DNA from: Trichoplax sp. H2
Lineage: Eukaryota
Reading direction: 5' to 3'
Assembly: GCA_003344405.1 (NCBI GenBank)
Contig: NOWV01000157.1
Span: forward strand, 124,001-181,416
DNA: 57,416 nt
The notes beneath the pieces were generated by a model that saw only the letters and a list, made by a program, of their open reading frames with translations, searched no databases and was not told the DNA's origin. Shown here piece by piece: positions 1 to 12,913 of this stretch. Both the position numbers and the translations under genes were made by a program. Each line of letters begins with the position of its first letter. The stretch's first letter is position 1.

Positions 1-48
1 AGTCTTAAACCAATCATAATATAAATATTGCTACTATTATACACACAG

Positions 49-3000
49 GTGAGCGATGTTAATCAGCAACCAAGGAAGACGGAAAGAGCCAAAAATGATC
101 TTTCAAAGTTGTTACACAATTCCAATTCTTCAGTTCTTAAGCATGATAACAGGAGTCACAGCAACATTTATTCTACATCTAACGACAAACCTGTTAAATC
201 GCCTATAACCCATGATAGGAATAGCGATCAAAATACAAGTTTAAGAAGCTTCAATCTTGATCATGATATACCGAGCACTTGCGCAATAGACTCTCCAGTA
301 CGATCTCGCGATGGAAAAGATGATAATTATAATTTGCCAGGAATTGATTCGATTTCAAGCTTGCCGAGTTGCTCTACCGTTATGGATAAGGTACCTGAAA
401 ATTTATTGAATTACAAGAACGACGATGTAACAGGTGCAAGGAAAATGGAAGCTTTCTCCCCATTACATTCTGAGACATCACATGGCGAATATCTAGGCAT
501 GTCTACATTAAACGGTGAGAAAGACATCGAAAATGACCCTGAAGCAAGTGAAATAAACCAACTTGATTATACTCGAAAAATGGAATCCGTAGATATGTTT
601 GCGACGAACGCAAAGAAGGATACGCAAAAGCGTAAACGTAAAAGGATTGATAATGCTCAACCAGTACGTGATGATGATTTTAAAATTTTTATTAATTTTT
701 ATATCGTTCCTTAAAGCGTAATAATAACGTGTACAGTATTGTAGCATTGCTGTACGATAATTAATATGATAGTATCTAAATATGACTGATAGAATGACTT
801 AATAGCCATTTTAATCAAGACAGTAATTCAGTAATTAACATGTCATCTATTATGACATAACTCGGTAGAACAGAATTTGATTTTAATTGTAAGTGACACC
901 TAGAATAGTCGACTAAACGTACTAATTGAAGCTGGTGTAGGCTGCATGTGGTAATCAATCACTAACTAATGTTACATTTTTTTCATGCAGTTGTTCATTA
1001 TCTTGTTTGAAGTATAATAAGTACTTTTCGGCCAGGGTACCATCTTTAAGTAACGAAACTTATATCGTTATCTCTGCTATTAATATTATACAATATTTCA
1101 GTTATACGAACATAATGATGATAACAAGAACTCCGGCAATATTTTGTTATCTAGTTGACAGAGAATCGTTAAAATGGCATTCCAGTTTTGAGTGTACATG
1201 AAATTAATTTCTTTCTATAGAGTAACTCTAAGATGCAAAGACAAGAAATAATACAGGAAAAGCGAAAGGCAAAATCTAGGAAAGAGGTATCATAATATAG
1301 TTTAGGCATTTGCAGTTATAGCAACATATTGGATACTTTCTCTTTAAAAGTAATAGTATTTTCCTTATTTTACTTTTTGTTGGAATCTACTAATTTTTTC
1401 ACTACTACCATATTACTAATAATATCAGGTAGAAAAAAAGGTCGCTAAATTAAATACCATGGAACATTGCATTGAAGTAAGCCTAATATTTCGGCGTTTT
1501 CCGTTCATGAAATGTACACCCCTAGCTGACTGCTTTATTGCAACTCTTTAGCTCATGTCTGTCCAAGCGGACCGCCGTTTACTAGAAGTTGACGGTGGTG
1601 AGGAAATTTGGAATTGTCTGAAGAAAAGTAAGGCGCATTGTAAGATAGCCGATAATGATGTAAAAAATACTGTGTTGTGGAAATGTGAAAGTATTGGAGT
1701 TTTCGAAAATGATGACAAGGTATGCGTGTCGTTTCATGATTTAGATGACGGTTAATTATTTTTACCTCCTAAATTCGTACATGACTATTTATTATGCATC
1801 ACTGATATGGTCTACGAATTGTTTTTATTTAAAGATATTTATATTTCATGTTTGTATTACTATCGTTAAGATTAACTTTAGTAATCGTCTGGATGGTGAA
1901 CTTTATTATAAAAATTTATTTTCACTGACTTCAGGTTAAAGTGAATCACACTGCTACAGAAACGGAAGACATCATGGTCTACATCACTTGTTTAAACTTT
2001 TTACAGAAAGTCACGAATGAATACCATGTAATGTTATGTTAAATTTCAGAAGCTGTCATTAATGCTTGACGCAGATTGCTGTTACTGTACTTATAAGTTG
2101 AAGATATTACTGCTTTATATCTAAATTTGACTCTGAGATCGTGCTTAATTATTAATTCGAATGATCATACAGAATGGAGGATGCTCGTCTGGCCTAACTG
2201 CCTTTGTAAACCGGATTAAAAGAATATGCAGGAAAAAAACTGTCTATATTTTTGTTGATCGGATGGCATCCTGTTTTAGGTAACTCAAATGCCCAGTGTT
2301 TCAGTTATGACTTACTACCCTTTGGACTGGTGTAGTTGCTTAATATTATGGATATTTGTCAAAAATTATGCTTGATTGTATGCAGGAGCGATGGTTTGAC
2401 CACTAAAAGCGAGTGGGAAAATCCCTTGAAAAGACATCAGTTGCAGTCGGTATTGCTGGATTTGTACTTTTCTACCAATACTCAGGTCTTTTTGGTAGAC
2501 AACATGGAAATCGTTGGCGATATGATGGCACGCCTCATTAAGGCTGTTGCCCAGAAACCATTTAAGTACTTATACATTTTCCCTGTTCACATTTTGTTAT
2601 GTGTGAAAATACTACTGTTCTATTATTTATTTTTGGCGGTACTACTTACAAAATATTTATACTTAATTTTTTAAATGTTGGTTAAAAAGAAAATCGCGAT
2701 CTCCAAATTTCGATTTTTTTGTTGAGACTGGATCGTCATCAGGAATGAAGTCTACACGAGTATGATAAATTCTATGCTACAGACCATATTTAATTGATTA
2801 TTTTAATATTACTAATGATCGAGAGCATCTTTATTTCGTTTTGTATCAGTATGAAAATAGTTTATCTGACAAGATGCGTGTGCTGTTCCTATTAAATGGA
2901 GGTTCATTGATTTACAGATATCAGAAAAGACTGATTCTGTGTCTGAAGCATGGAAGAATGCACTACTTAATGTTCATAAGCTAGGACAGAATATAGCCGA

Positions 3001-3560
3001 GGCTATCGTGAACGAATATAAAACACCCGGAGACTTAATTATGGTACGTTTAAAAATTGCCTGCTATAGCACGTAAATGATTAAATGAAATTCACTTCTA
3101 ATATCGTACTGATTTGATACGGAATCCGTACCGTAGACCTTAAATCGCAAAGAAAATTTCCTTTTGTATAATGGGTTATGTTTAAGTACTAGACTTTCAC
3201 TTGATTATGACTAGGCATATAGATCTAATGCTGAAGATTGCAATCAACTTTTAGCTAATATCAAGGTATTGATGTTCATTACATATTATGCAAACCTAGA
3301 CTGGTTTACCTAACTTAATCCAATTGTATATTCTTTCAAAGTTGCACGAAGGTGCAGTTGGTAATTGTAATGTACAGTGATTAAGGAGATGCGATTGATA
3401 ATTATACATTATAAGAAATTACTTGACGGGATTGATATACGTATATAAACTATAGGCTCGTCGCGGAGTTGCAGGATCTAGTGAGCGCCGTATCGGACCA
3501 GCATTGTCTAGAAATATTCATAAAATTTTCACTTCGAGTCAACCTTTAGACGAAATTTAA
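49..3560 (+). CDS. EME1: Crossover junction endonuclease EME1 (MUS81 partner); 5'-truncated by the window edge
   Basis: GT-AG exons that keep frame: 49-663, 1221-1286, 1429-1476, 1552-1719, 1935-2027, 2173-2279, 2386-2565, 2690-2759, 2918-3043, 3215-3265, 3456-3560 (TAA). A low-complexity N-terminus precedes an ERCC4-like region (LQSVLLDLYFSTNTQVFLVDNMEIVGDMMARLIKAVAQKPFK), an HhH-like region (AWKNALLNVHKLGQNIAEAIVNEYKTPGDLIMAY) and the EME1-typical C-terminus ARRGVAGSSERRIGPALSRNIHKIFTS. Confidence 0.88.
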
Positions 3561-4499
3561 GACCAACTGTAGGAATGGTATTGAAATAGTCAACTCTGTC
3601 AAGTTTAGTCTTTTACTGTTGTATCATCGATTTATTCTATTGTAACTGACTGTTATAACATAATTTCATATTCTCCAAACTGTTATATTGTAGCTTTTAG
3701 ATAATGTGATTGAAAATTATCCCAATCACCTTCATTATATTAGTATATTTGTGTTATTGTGATAGCATGTAGTGTTATGGTTCTGACAAATGGCTTATTG
3801 GTCTTGTTATCTTTGAATTTTTTGAATATTTGGATTTGCCATTCTAGTTGTAAATGTGTAACAAAGACTTTTTGGTTGTACAACATTACCGTACAGCTAA
3901 ATTTAGTACTGAAAATGTAAAATTCTCTTCCTTAAAATAGAATGTAAGTATTGTATTTACGAAACGATTGTTACAGAGTATTTCATAGCATAGAAGAAGC
4001 TAAATTTCAAGTTGAACTATTCCAATGACCATACGTTTACATCGGTAGGCATCTATAGAACGTTAATGACAGCATATGATGTTTTGATTTATATAATAAT
4101 ATGAATTTCGCATGCTTCTTAATTTCAATAAACTCAAAAACTTTTTGTTCTGTAGTGATATACACGATGTATGTTTATACTACCGTATCAGCACATACAT
4201 TGATCTGGTTTTGCTCAGATTAGCTCAAATCTTCTACATCTCTTATTTAAAACTATTGCATTTATTACATTTATACATACCAAAAGCAGCATCAGGTTGT
4301 ACTTTATAGTTCGCAGCGAGTCATATGCATTACAGTGCAATCATGATGATATGCTGTAAATCATGAGAAACCGTTTTAAATCGATTAATCATAATCGCTG
4401 GTACCTCTGAATAGTACTTACTCTTTAATTAATCAATCCAGAGGTACTTTAGAAACGTAATACGATGCTCATATACGCGTAAGTAAAGTAAGAAACGGC

Positions 4500-7110
4500 A
4501 TTTTGCCGCTAGTCTGTTGCTCATGGCAGTATTCTTATTAGACTAGCCAAGTGTGCGTTGTTCGATTTTTTTAAGGCTCAAGCCATGCTGCACTTATCCT
4601 TGAATTACTGCAGTACATTAACATTCTTCAATACTAAGGTAATGTCACTGAAATGTTTCTTGTGACAGTACTTGCTACAAGAAAATGTTGAGAGCAATCT
4701 TCTCAATCTTTGCTGTTTCCCACAACGATGATTCGCATCGCAGCTACGATGGTGACATAATTTTGTTAGCGAACTTGATTAATGAATGCGAGTAATGGCT
4801 GAATGAGTTATTTTCAGATCGAAATTATGCCACAGCTATCTTTATTCACAGATTGTAGTGAGTACACTAAGTATACAACCACTACCAAGTTTACAGCAAT
4901 GTGGTTAGGTAATTTGCATGCATGAAACTACAATGAGTAAACCGACTACTAAATAAAACATTTCTATCACATTTGTCTTTGTGTACAAAAGCCGCACCTG
5001 ATTACCATTACCAAGTAAATAAACTATCTAGAGCACGTAGTATATCATTAATATTTAAATAATTAAAATATAGTAACGATCATGTACAGTAGGTATTGAT
5101 ATTCACTATTCTAATTCGTTATCCGCTTCAATAAAGGCCTTCACTGTAAACGCTATCATTTATTTCTTACTAACAGAAAATACTGGAGTTAGTTAATTTC
5201 TTTTACTGCAAGTCTCTGAGAGTTAAACTGAGATCAAGTTAGAGTAGATAGTAAAGCTTTGACCCGTTCACATGGCTGCTTAGTAGGCCCATTCATAATT
5301 ATAATAATCTCCATTACTCAGATACTCAGCGTAAATAGCTTAAACGATGGTATGTTATTTTAGAAGTCTTAACCCTTTAATGTATCATCATGTAAGCTAT
5401 TTACGCTAAGTATCTGAGTAATTGAGGTTATTATGAATGGGACCTACTGTACATAGACTATGCTAGGATTAAATACGCATATTAGAAGTAAAATGGTACA
5501 CAGTCGGTATCTACTGGAGTAGATTTCTCGGATTTTAATTATCGCGTAGATGCCTTGACTTTTGATAGGCACAGTATCCTCTAACTTCTACCGCTTCACG
5601 GTGGATAAGAACTATACTGTAGGCCTGTGAGTAGGGTAATTTACATTCTATTTATTTATTTATTCTCCAAACTGAATACTGCCTTGGTGCAGTTCGCGCT
5701 ATATTGTACAGTAGGTAGCCACAAAATGATATCTTCTACTAAGCTAAATACTAGGCAACATGGCGATGCTGTTTGTGACACTGGCAGACAATCTGTCTTG
5801 AGGCTTTCTCTATTTCCATACTAACTTTGTGGCAGGATCAATTACTAACTTAGTGCTCGGCTCCAGGCATTGATTATAACCATAAACCAGGTTATCAATT
5901 CATATATTAAAGCTCAATTCCTGAGACTAATCATAACTATCTGCAACAGGGACTGAGCTAGAAAAATATATCCAATCCACTGGTATAGTGCAGTCGTGAT
6001 TGTAGAATTACGATAGATACTCTCAGCAAGAATCGTTTAAACAAATACTGTACGCAGCTCGACATCTTTTAAATGTTCAATGTGAGTGACTGATTTGTTT
6101 AACTCGTCTTTAGTAATGAATGGCATGGTTCCATTTATAGCGTGCATTAAGTTAACATGGGCTTTCACCAGCAAATCAAATAACCAGCTATTCTCATTAT
6201 GATCTAGTGGAAAAACAAGCATTAATTTATTGCTCACTGAATAATGAGGCAAAGCAATAAAATAACAATAAGTGCCTAAGACAAGAATTGTATCCTGTTC
6301 TAATCCCAATAACTTTTTTAGGAGAAAGATACTGACCATTAATACGAATGAATGTATTCGCAGTATCATACCTTGCAATCACTTTTTCTTAAAGGGTTTC
6401 ACTGACAGGGTGATTATATCGATAGCATGGCCATGGATAGCACGAACGGCATAGTTGCAAGTCTCTCTATTCATAACCATAATGAGGAAGGCAGAAAATT
6501 CTACGATACTTTATAAACTGCTGCGTATTCATATGATAAATGTTTCTAACTTTGACGAAAGTCAATTTTATTGATAGATAGAAAGTTTATCGATTTGCGT
6601 TTAATAAGGGCTGATCAACTGTCAAGCGTTCGACGAGCTACCCCTAAGGCTTGCTACCATGCTGCTATTCTATTTCTCAATTACGTCTTTCAGAACTTTG
6701 TATGTTTTATCATTTTGTTGTGGTTCTCTCGCCAGAGCTGCCGCTAGGTTATCTGATATGACTTCAAAAGAGAAGAGTTGAAAATAGCTATATACTGTAG
6801 TCAGCTGCTTTTTCAAAGTTAAATGCATCTATCGCAGGAGTTAAAAGTTCCACTTCGAGATGGATAGCTTTTAATACGCCCATTGATTATAAATATAAAT
6901 AGTCATCTGGTAATGGAGTGTCATTACCTAATATCCAGATTAAAAAGTAAAAAGTATTTCACCTCACATTGTGGCGCATATATTTCAATGTCGATCGAAT
7001 GCACGTATAAGCTAAAGTCTTCGACCAAATTATTAGATCAAATCCATCAGCATTTTCATTTTTTGGTCTCGTTTCTTGATCCCTTAAGGTAAAAATATCC
7101 GAGCTAGTAG
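4500..7110 (-). pseudogene. Probable decayed multi-exon gene, family unassigned
   Basis: Minus-strand segments bounded by AG/GT read as protein-like: SDIFTLRDQETRPKNENADGFDLIIWSKTLAYTCIRSTLKYMRHNV (~6963-7103) and DHNENSWLFDLLVKAHVNLMHAINGTMPFITKDELNKSVTHIEHLKDVEL (~6054-6203). Neighbouring segments carry stops and frameshifts. Boundaries are approximate. Confidence 0.3.
5282..5448. mobile_element. Long imperfect inverted repeat (foldback / MITE-like element)
   Basis: Left arm AGTAGGCCCATTCATAAT...CTCCATTACTCAGATACTCAGCGTAAATAGCTTA matches the reverse complement of right arm TAAGCTATTTACGCTAAGTATCTGAGTAATTGAGGTTATTATGAATGGGACCTACT. Pairing continues inward with G:U-type mismatches. No ORF. 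Confidence 0.6.
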
Positions 7111-7754
7111 ATCAAAGCAAATTAAAAATTGACGCACGATCTGGAAGTAGGCTTAAAGGTACCGAACAAAATGTAGCTTATGAAATTAATATTCATTCAC
7201 TTTGTTGTTCCAAGTGAAAACATTTGATGATATTTTATTTCAATCAAGTTTATTGAATACGTAGCAGTCTTGTTTATTGTGGAAGCTGTTTTTATTTTAC
7301 AATCATTTCTGAATATACAGCATTGCCTAAGAGATAATTAAATTACAAGCAAATAAATTCAATGCATGGCAATTTGGCAGTATAATGTATCGTTCATTTC
7401 AATCTGGAAGCAATTGATGATGAGAACACCATGTACGGCAAGTTGTTCACATTCAGTGCGATTTCTGCTGAAATGGAACGGTATTGCTTTGAATTTCTTA
7501 CATTTGTGTAGTTTCTCGTAGCCGACTGATAGCTATCTGGCGTTATTATATCTGTCCCTGTAAGTTATTTATGAAGACATCATGGTGTGCTCTTGTCTCT
7601 ATTGGCTAGCTGCAACTTTTCTTTTAGTTATTTACTCAGTAACCTAATGACTAGTAATCAATTTGCCTCATGACTCATCCTATTGGTCATTATAAACTTC
7701 TGGAAATGGCCGTAATTTCTTTCTATTGGATCTCAAAAATAGTTTAGAAACCGA

Positions 7755-8712
7755 ATTCAACTACAACAAATTGAGCCAAGCTTGAAAATGCAATCGGTTT
7801 TATTCACTATAGAACATTAGATGAAATAAAGTTGGTTAACAAATTGAATTTAATCCATTGAAAGGTGTTATTCAATCTTTCTTTGCAACCCAATGGACGT
7901 GTGGAATACATATCGATGTCATGCTGAAAAAATAGAATGGTATAAATTAAATCAAGCCCAAACTAGGTCAATTGTATATGTAGTTTTAGCCTAATAAACT
8001 ATCTGAGGAGATATCCGTCTACGGGTAGATATATGAATATTATACGAAATACAACTTCGATTTTTGAACCACTACAACAAATTGAACCAAGCCTGAAAAT
8101 GCAATCGGTTTTATTCACTATAGAACATTAAATGAAAGAAAGTTGGTTAACAAATTGAATTTAATCCATTGAAAGGTGTTATTCAATCTTTCTTTGCAAC
8201 CCAATGGACGTGTGGAATACATATCGATGTCATGCTGAAAAAATAGAATGGTATAAATTAAATCAAGCCCAAACTAGGTCAATTGTATATGTAGTTTTAG
8301 CCTAATAAACTATCTGAGGAGATATCCTTCCACGGGTAGATATATAAATATTATTAAACAGGAATTTCAAGGGAATACAACTTTTAATTTTTGAACCATC
8401 ACAACAACTTGAACCAAGCTTCAAAATGCGATCGGTTTTATTCAATAGAGAACATGTTGGTTAACAAATTGAATTGATTGAATCAATTTGAAGATGTTAT
8501 TCAATCTTTCTTTGCAACCCAATGGACATGTCTGATTGATTTTGATGGCATGCTGAAAAGATGGAATTGTCTACAGTAAGTTAAGTCAATTATATACGTA
8601 GTTCTAGGCTAATAAAGTATCTGTGGCGATATCCTTCTATGGGTAGATAGATGGAGTAAATATTCTACAGGAATTTCAACGGAATACAACTTGAATAATA
8701 ATTTGGAAACCA
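7755..8712. repeat. Tandem repeat, three copies of a ~311-328 bp unit
   Basis: The unit start CTACAACAAATTGA(G/A)CCAAGC recurs at ~7761, ~8072 and ~8400. Copies 1 and 2 are nearly identical and copy 3 is more diverged. Confidence 0.93.
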
Positions 8713-8859
8713 AGGGGTGCCATGGAAAATAATCAGATTTCAGTATATATTGATTTTGGTTAAACATGGTCAGCTGACCTAGGGAAAAGCGCAAACTATT
8801 TCTATACTGTACTCTGCATTTTTTCGCCCAACAATTTCGCACTGCCGTTCTATGCAATA

Positions 8860-9330
8860 CTGATCATTTTCTCAGCACTAGTCCGTATAGAGAGTGCTGC
8901 AAACTGTGTTCATTACTGCGGTATTCCATTCGGCTCCACCCCCTTCAAACCGGACCAACTCGTTGTAACAATAGCGCAAGCCTGACGTCATCAAACCGGT
9001 TAATAAACAGGTAATCAAAACATTCACTTGCACGTCTAGCTGTGACTATGCAGGAAATGCACAACATGATGCACAAGCAGGCGTCAAGCACCATACAGCG
9101 CCCCCTTCGACAGTCTACAGTACTTACTGTACAATATACTGTACTGTACGTACTGAATGCACTGTACTGTACAAAAGCATCTGTGGAACATACAGTAATT
9201 CTCCACGTCCTGTACTGTACCGTACTGGACAGTATAGCTCGCTGACGTGAAATCTACAGTATAGTACCGTACAGTACAGGCCAAAACTAGATTGCAAAAC
9301 AGGTTTACGGTTTGTTGCATGCGTTACTGT
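8860..9330. promoter_or_regulatory. GC/CpG-richer promoter-like island with a CRE and (CAGTA/TACTG)n motifs
   Basis: Full CRE TGACGTCA at 8983-8990, TGACGTG at ~9243 and dense TACAGTA/TACTGTA at 9111-9280. Composition is visibly less AT-rich than the flanks. Confidence 0.45.
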
Positions 9331-10728
9331 AGTAACTTGCTATTCATCATGTCATCGTTAAGCACCGCTACTGCAATTATTTTTGCTGCTAGAATAGGCA
9401 ACATTGCTTAAATTAAAGAAGAGCTTCAACGTACGCTACTTTGCAAGTTTGCACGATTGCGATCCACAAGCACTGATTGCACTTCTGAATTACACCTCGC
9501 AGTCGAATGGCTGTTTTATGCAGCGCGATACTATGAAATTTCATATGGGCTAAACTGTAGTACCCTGCTGCCTATTTGTTTAATCCCTATTTCAATGAGA
9601 CAGCACTATCTCAAAATGCGTCATAATCTGATACCGTGCAGCCGCCTAGGACACACTCTTTATTCTTTTAGTATACTCTACTGTAAGACTTGTTCTTGTT
9701 TACATTGATATCGGCCGAAATAACAATGTCTGCATTGTAAATCAATAAGCATGCAGCAATAAAGTAATCGACTACTGTGGGAGTGGACGGATCAACAGCG
9801 ACTAAACTGTATCGACTGGCTGCAAGCTGCGCTGTACAGTACAGTACTGTATGGATGGGTACGACTGGAGTACGGATGCAATCATTTTCTTATTTGTGCA
9901 TCACCATCATTTTCAATCAAGTTAACATTAATTAGGTTAAATGCAGTACCCTACTATACTGTAATGGTTGATCAATCATCATTGGCATCATTCTACTCTC
10001 CCTCCCTAACAGTGGAGCGCAAGCAGCGGGGCTACATCAGACTGACAAGAGGCCCTGGGGTAGAAGAGAAATTATACTGTGACTGCGTAATCAAAGGTGT
10101 TTAACATGTTCAAGTGAATGATGATAGCGAATACTGATTGCATTCATACAGTCAAGATGGCGGATCAATTCATGAAATCGTCATTTTCTCCTGAACTGAT
10201 CTACCTCATACATAGAGTGTACTGTATATTAAATTGAATCCAATGAAACAAAATGATACCTTAGTTGGCCGACTTACACTTAATGACTAGTAATTAGACG
10301 GTTGGCATGAAGAGAAAATCTTCAATTTTGATACTTTTAACAAAGGCACGTGACAAGCACCACCGCCCATCGACTACAATGCATTATTCATTCAGTATTT
10401 GTTCAATCAAAGAAATCGCATTTGAAAACCAAGCTATTGACTACTGTAGAATTCGTCGTCCTACATCGTTTCAAGTATTTCCACTTAAATGCTAGCTAAA
10501 ATGACAGATTATGATGTGCTTACAGCATATGAATTAGCTAGCCATCATTCAGTTCATTTAAAACTGGACTGAATATCTTGCTATTTTCCTATACTACACT
10601 GTAGCGAGGAGCATCAACATTGAATGAACAAAAGATTGGTTTGTTTGAAAATCGTTTGTCGGCGCTTGGATCATGAAGACTAGAGACCCTCTCATAGAGG
10701 GTCTAATGAAGACTGATAGTGTCGCCTT

Positions 10729-10785
10729 GTACAGTACAGTACAGTACAGTACTGTACTGTACACTGTACACTCAGTACTGTACGG
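10729..10785. repeat. (ACAGT)n/(ACTGT)n pentamer microsatellite forming a 24-bp perfect palindrome
   Basis: GTACAGTACAGT|ACTGTACTGTAC at 10739-10762, inside (ACAGT)4(ACTGT)2. Confidence 0.9.
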
Positions 10786-12120
10786 TATTACTTGTATTTG
10801 CCGTGCTACTTTATTTATTATTATTACTACGCTTCCCTATTGTTTTTATCTTTCAAATTTAAAAAACTTGTTGGACGAGCTCTTCCTGTCACTCATTTGA
10901 ACGGTGAAATTGTCCAGTAGTGTATAGGACAATACCGTACTACAGGATACAGTAGTTAAACCATACTTGATACTTCAATCTCCAGTCCCGCAGAGTGTTG
11001 TCAATAATAACAACAACAATGATAAGTTATTGCGCAATATTACAGTACTGGATGCGATAGCAACGATATTCAAAGGCAATGACTCAAAATTTATTTACTA
11101 TTTATATGCGTTTCCATCAATTGAAATTAGTCAGTTAATCATTTCAATGCGTGTACATTTCATGCAGTCTTCAATAGGCAAAAGAGAAACTTTGCAACAA
11201 TTTTTCTAGTAGTCATCACTGGATCGATGATAGTTCGTCGGCATTATCCCCACCATCAGTTCAATTTGTCAGCGAGCCAGCCTGATAACTGAGTAATCTT
11301 TCTTTTATCGTAGTCATTGGTATATTGATTCGTTATCAGTTTGCACCGTCAACTGGAAAATTTTCAAGTCGACGTCGATATTGAATAATCGTTTTATAGA
11401 AAATCGGCAATCTACTTTGGCCAAAGCACTGTAAGTTTGACTAAAGATACTGAATTATGATGAATGTTAGAACAGTAAAGATCTGTACAATAATATTCAA
11501 ATAAAATTGAAACACGACACCAACCGTCAACTGTACTGATAAATACTAGTTTTGTGAATCACTTTTTACTCAAGAACATCGTTATGTTCAACGGACGCTT
11601 GATTGATTGTTGCTTAAGCGTTTAGTCATTGCATTACTCGATCTGCTTTAGTGTTTGATGTGTTGATATGCAATGTAATTTTGTCATCAATGTAGCCAAA
11701 TTATTTGTTAGTAAGGCTAATTTACTGTAGTATCAATCCAAATGGTCAAATGGTTTTAGTCTTACGGTATCTTCACAAAGAACGTCAACGCCATCTTATC
11801 CATTTGAACAATATCATACTACCACTTGGTGCTCAATTGGACATGGAGAATGTACGACAGTCGAGATAAAGTAACAAAACTGAAATTCACATTTTACCCT
11901 GGCCATGTTTCATATCCAGTTTAGTGTTGATCTACTGCCATCGACTACTCCCGCTACAGCAGTACTGTCATCTCAATCAGATGACCATGACTGTTGTCAT
12001 CCATTTGTCGCTTCACGTTCTGCTCTATTAGTATGACTATTGGGTTTTGCAGTAATAGGTTGAAGTCGACGCTTGGCGTGTCACCCATTCCGTGCGTCAC
12101 TGATGAAGTCATTTTACATG

Positions 12121-12410
12121 CGTACGTCAATGTTATTGATAGTTGGAAATTAATTTACTACCCAGGAACGCAACTTGACTCAGCTGAGTCAGCAGGCATG
12201 ATCAGCCAACTTTGTCAACATGGGACAAGTTGGAATAGACTGTACTCTACTGTCCATACGGACGTCAATGTGATTGAGTGGCGCTCCCAACTACAAATTA
12301 ATTGACTACCAATTGGCGATACTTTGACTCCGCTGAGTTAGCATGCATAATCAGCCAACTTTGTCAACATGGGAGAAGTTAGAGTCCACTAGACTTACTG
12401 TACTGTATAC
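12121..12410. repeat. Diverged ~140-bp direct duplication carrying AP-1/ARE-like sites
   Basis: ACGTCAATG..ATTGA...AAATTAATT.ACTACC...TTGACTC.GCTGAGT.AGCA.GCAT.ATCAGCCAACTTTGTCAACATGGGA occurs twice, starting at ~12121 and ~12259. Confidence 0.8.
12176..12194. promoter_or_regulatory. Palindromic double AP-1 / NF-E2-ARE (MARE-like) element
   Basis: TGACTCAGCTGAGTCA is a 16-bp perfect palindrome at 12176-12191, followed by GCA. It matches the AP-1 consensus TGA(C/G)TCA twice and the TGACnnnGC ARE consensus. Confidence 0.45.
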
Positions 12411-12547
12411 TGGAGTAAATAGGAAAATTGCATTTCAAGTTTGTGCCACAAAACCGTTATCTTGTCAGTACGGTACCGTACACTAGAGACAATGGTTGCT
12501 TACTGTTGTTCTTGATACCTTGCCTTTGTACAGTACGATACTGCAAG

Positions 12548-12909
12548 CTAAGTGACAGTACATGGACTGTAGACGTTAGGGATCGTATCAAGCAGTCGCT
12601 GGTAGCTTACAGTACAATTTTCCACACTGTGGTCGAGTGGTTCCTGTTGGAAAACCAGTCACTAAGTGACAGTACATGGACTGTAGACGTTAAGGATCGT
12701 ATCAGGCAGTCGCTGGTAGCTTACAATACTGTACAATTTTCCAAACTGTGGGTCGAGTGGATCCTGTTGGAAAACCAGTCATTAAGTGACAGTACATGGA
12801 CTGTAGAAGTTAGGGATCGTATCAGGCAGTCGCTGGTAGCTTACAGTACAATTTTCCACATTGTGGGTCGAGTGGATCCTGTTGGAAAACCAGTCATTAA
12901 TTGACAGTA
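12548..12909. repeat. Tandem repeat, three copies of a 114-120 bp unit
   Basis: The unit (C/T)TAAGTGACAGTACATGGACTGTAGA...GGAAAACCAGTCA starts at 12548, 12662 and 12782, with a remnant at 12897. Confidence 0.93.
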
Positions 12910-12913
12910 ATTC

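Noticed and set aside
6379-6381. In-frame TGA on the minus strand as a selenocysteine codon
   Set aside because: No redox motif or SECIS is seen, and surrounding segments have other stops and frameshifts, so decay is the simpler explanation.
9042-9320. Overlapping ORFs rich in T/V/Q/Y/C (also 10673-10900)
   Set aside because: These are translation artefacts of CAGTA/TACTG repeats, with no splice or domain support.
10004-10075. CCCTAAC followed by GC-rich sequence as a telomerase RNA template
   Set aside because: Only a 7-nt match, and I could not identify a pseudoknot, CR4/5 P6.1 or an H/ACA box. An Infernal search would be needed.
12428-12904. 158-aa ORF with internal repeats
   Set aside because: It stays open because the first repeat units (114, 120 bp) are multiples of 3. 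It has a TTG start, the frame shifts between units, and no domain is recognisable.
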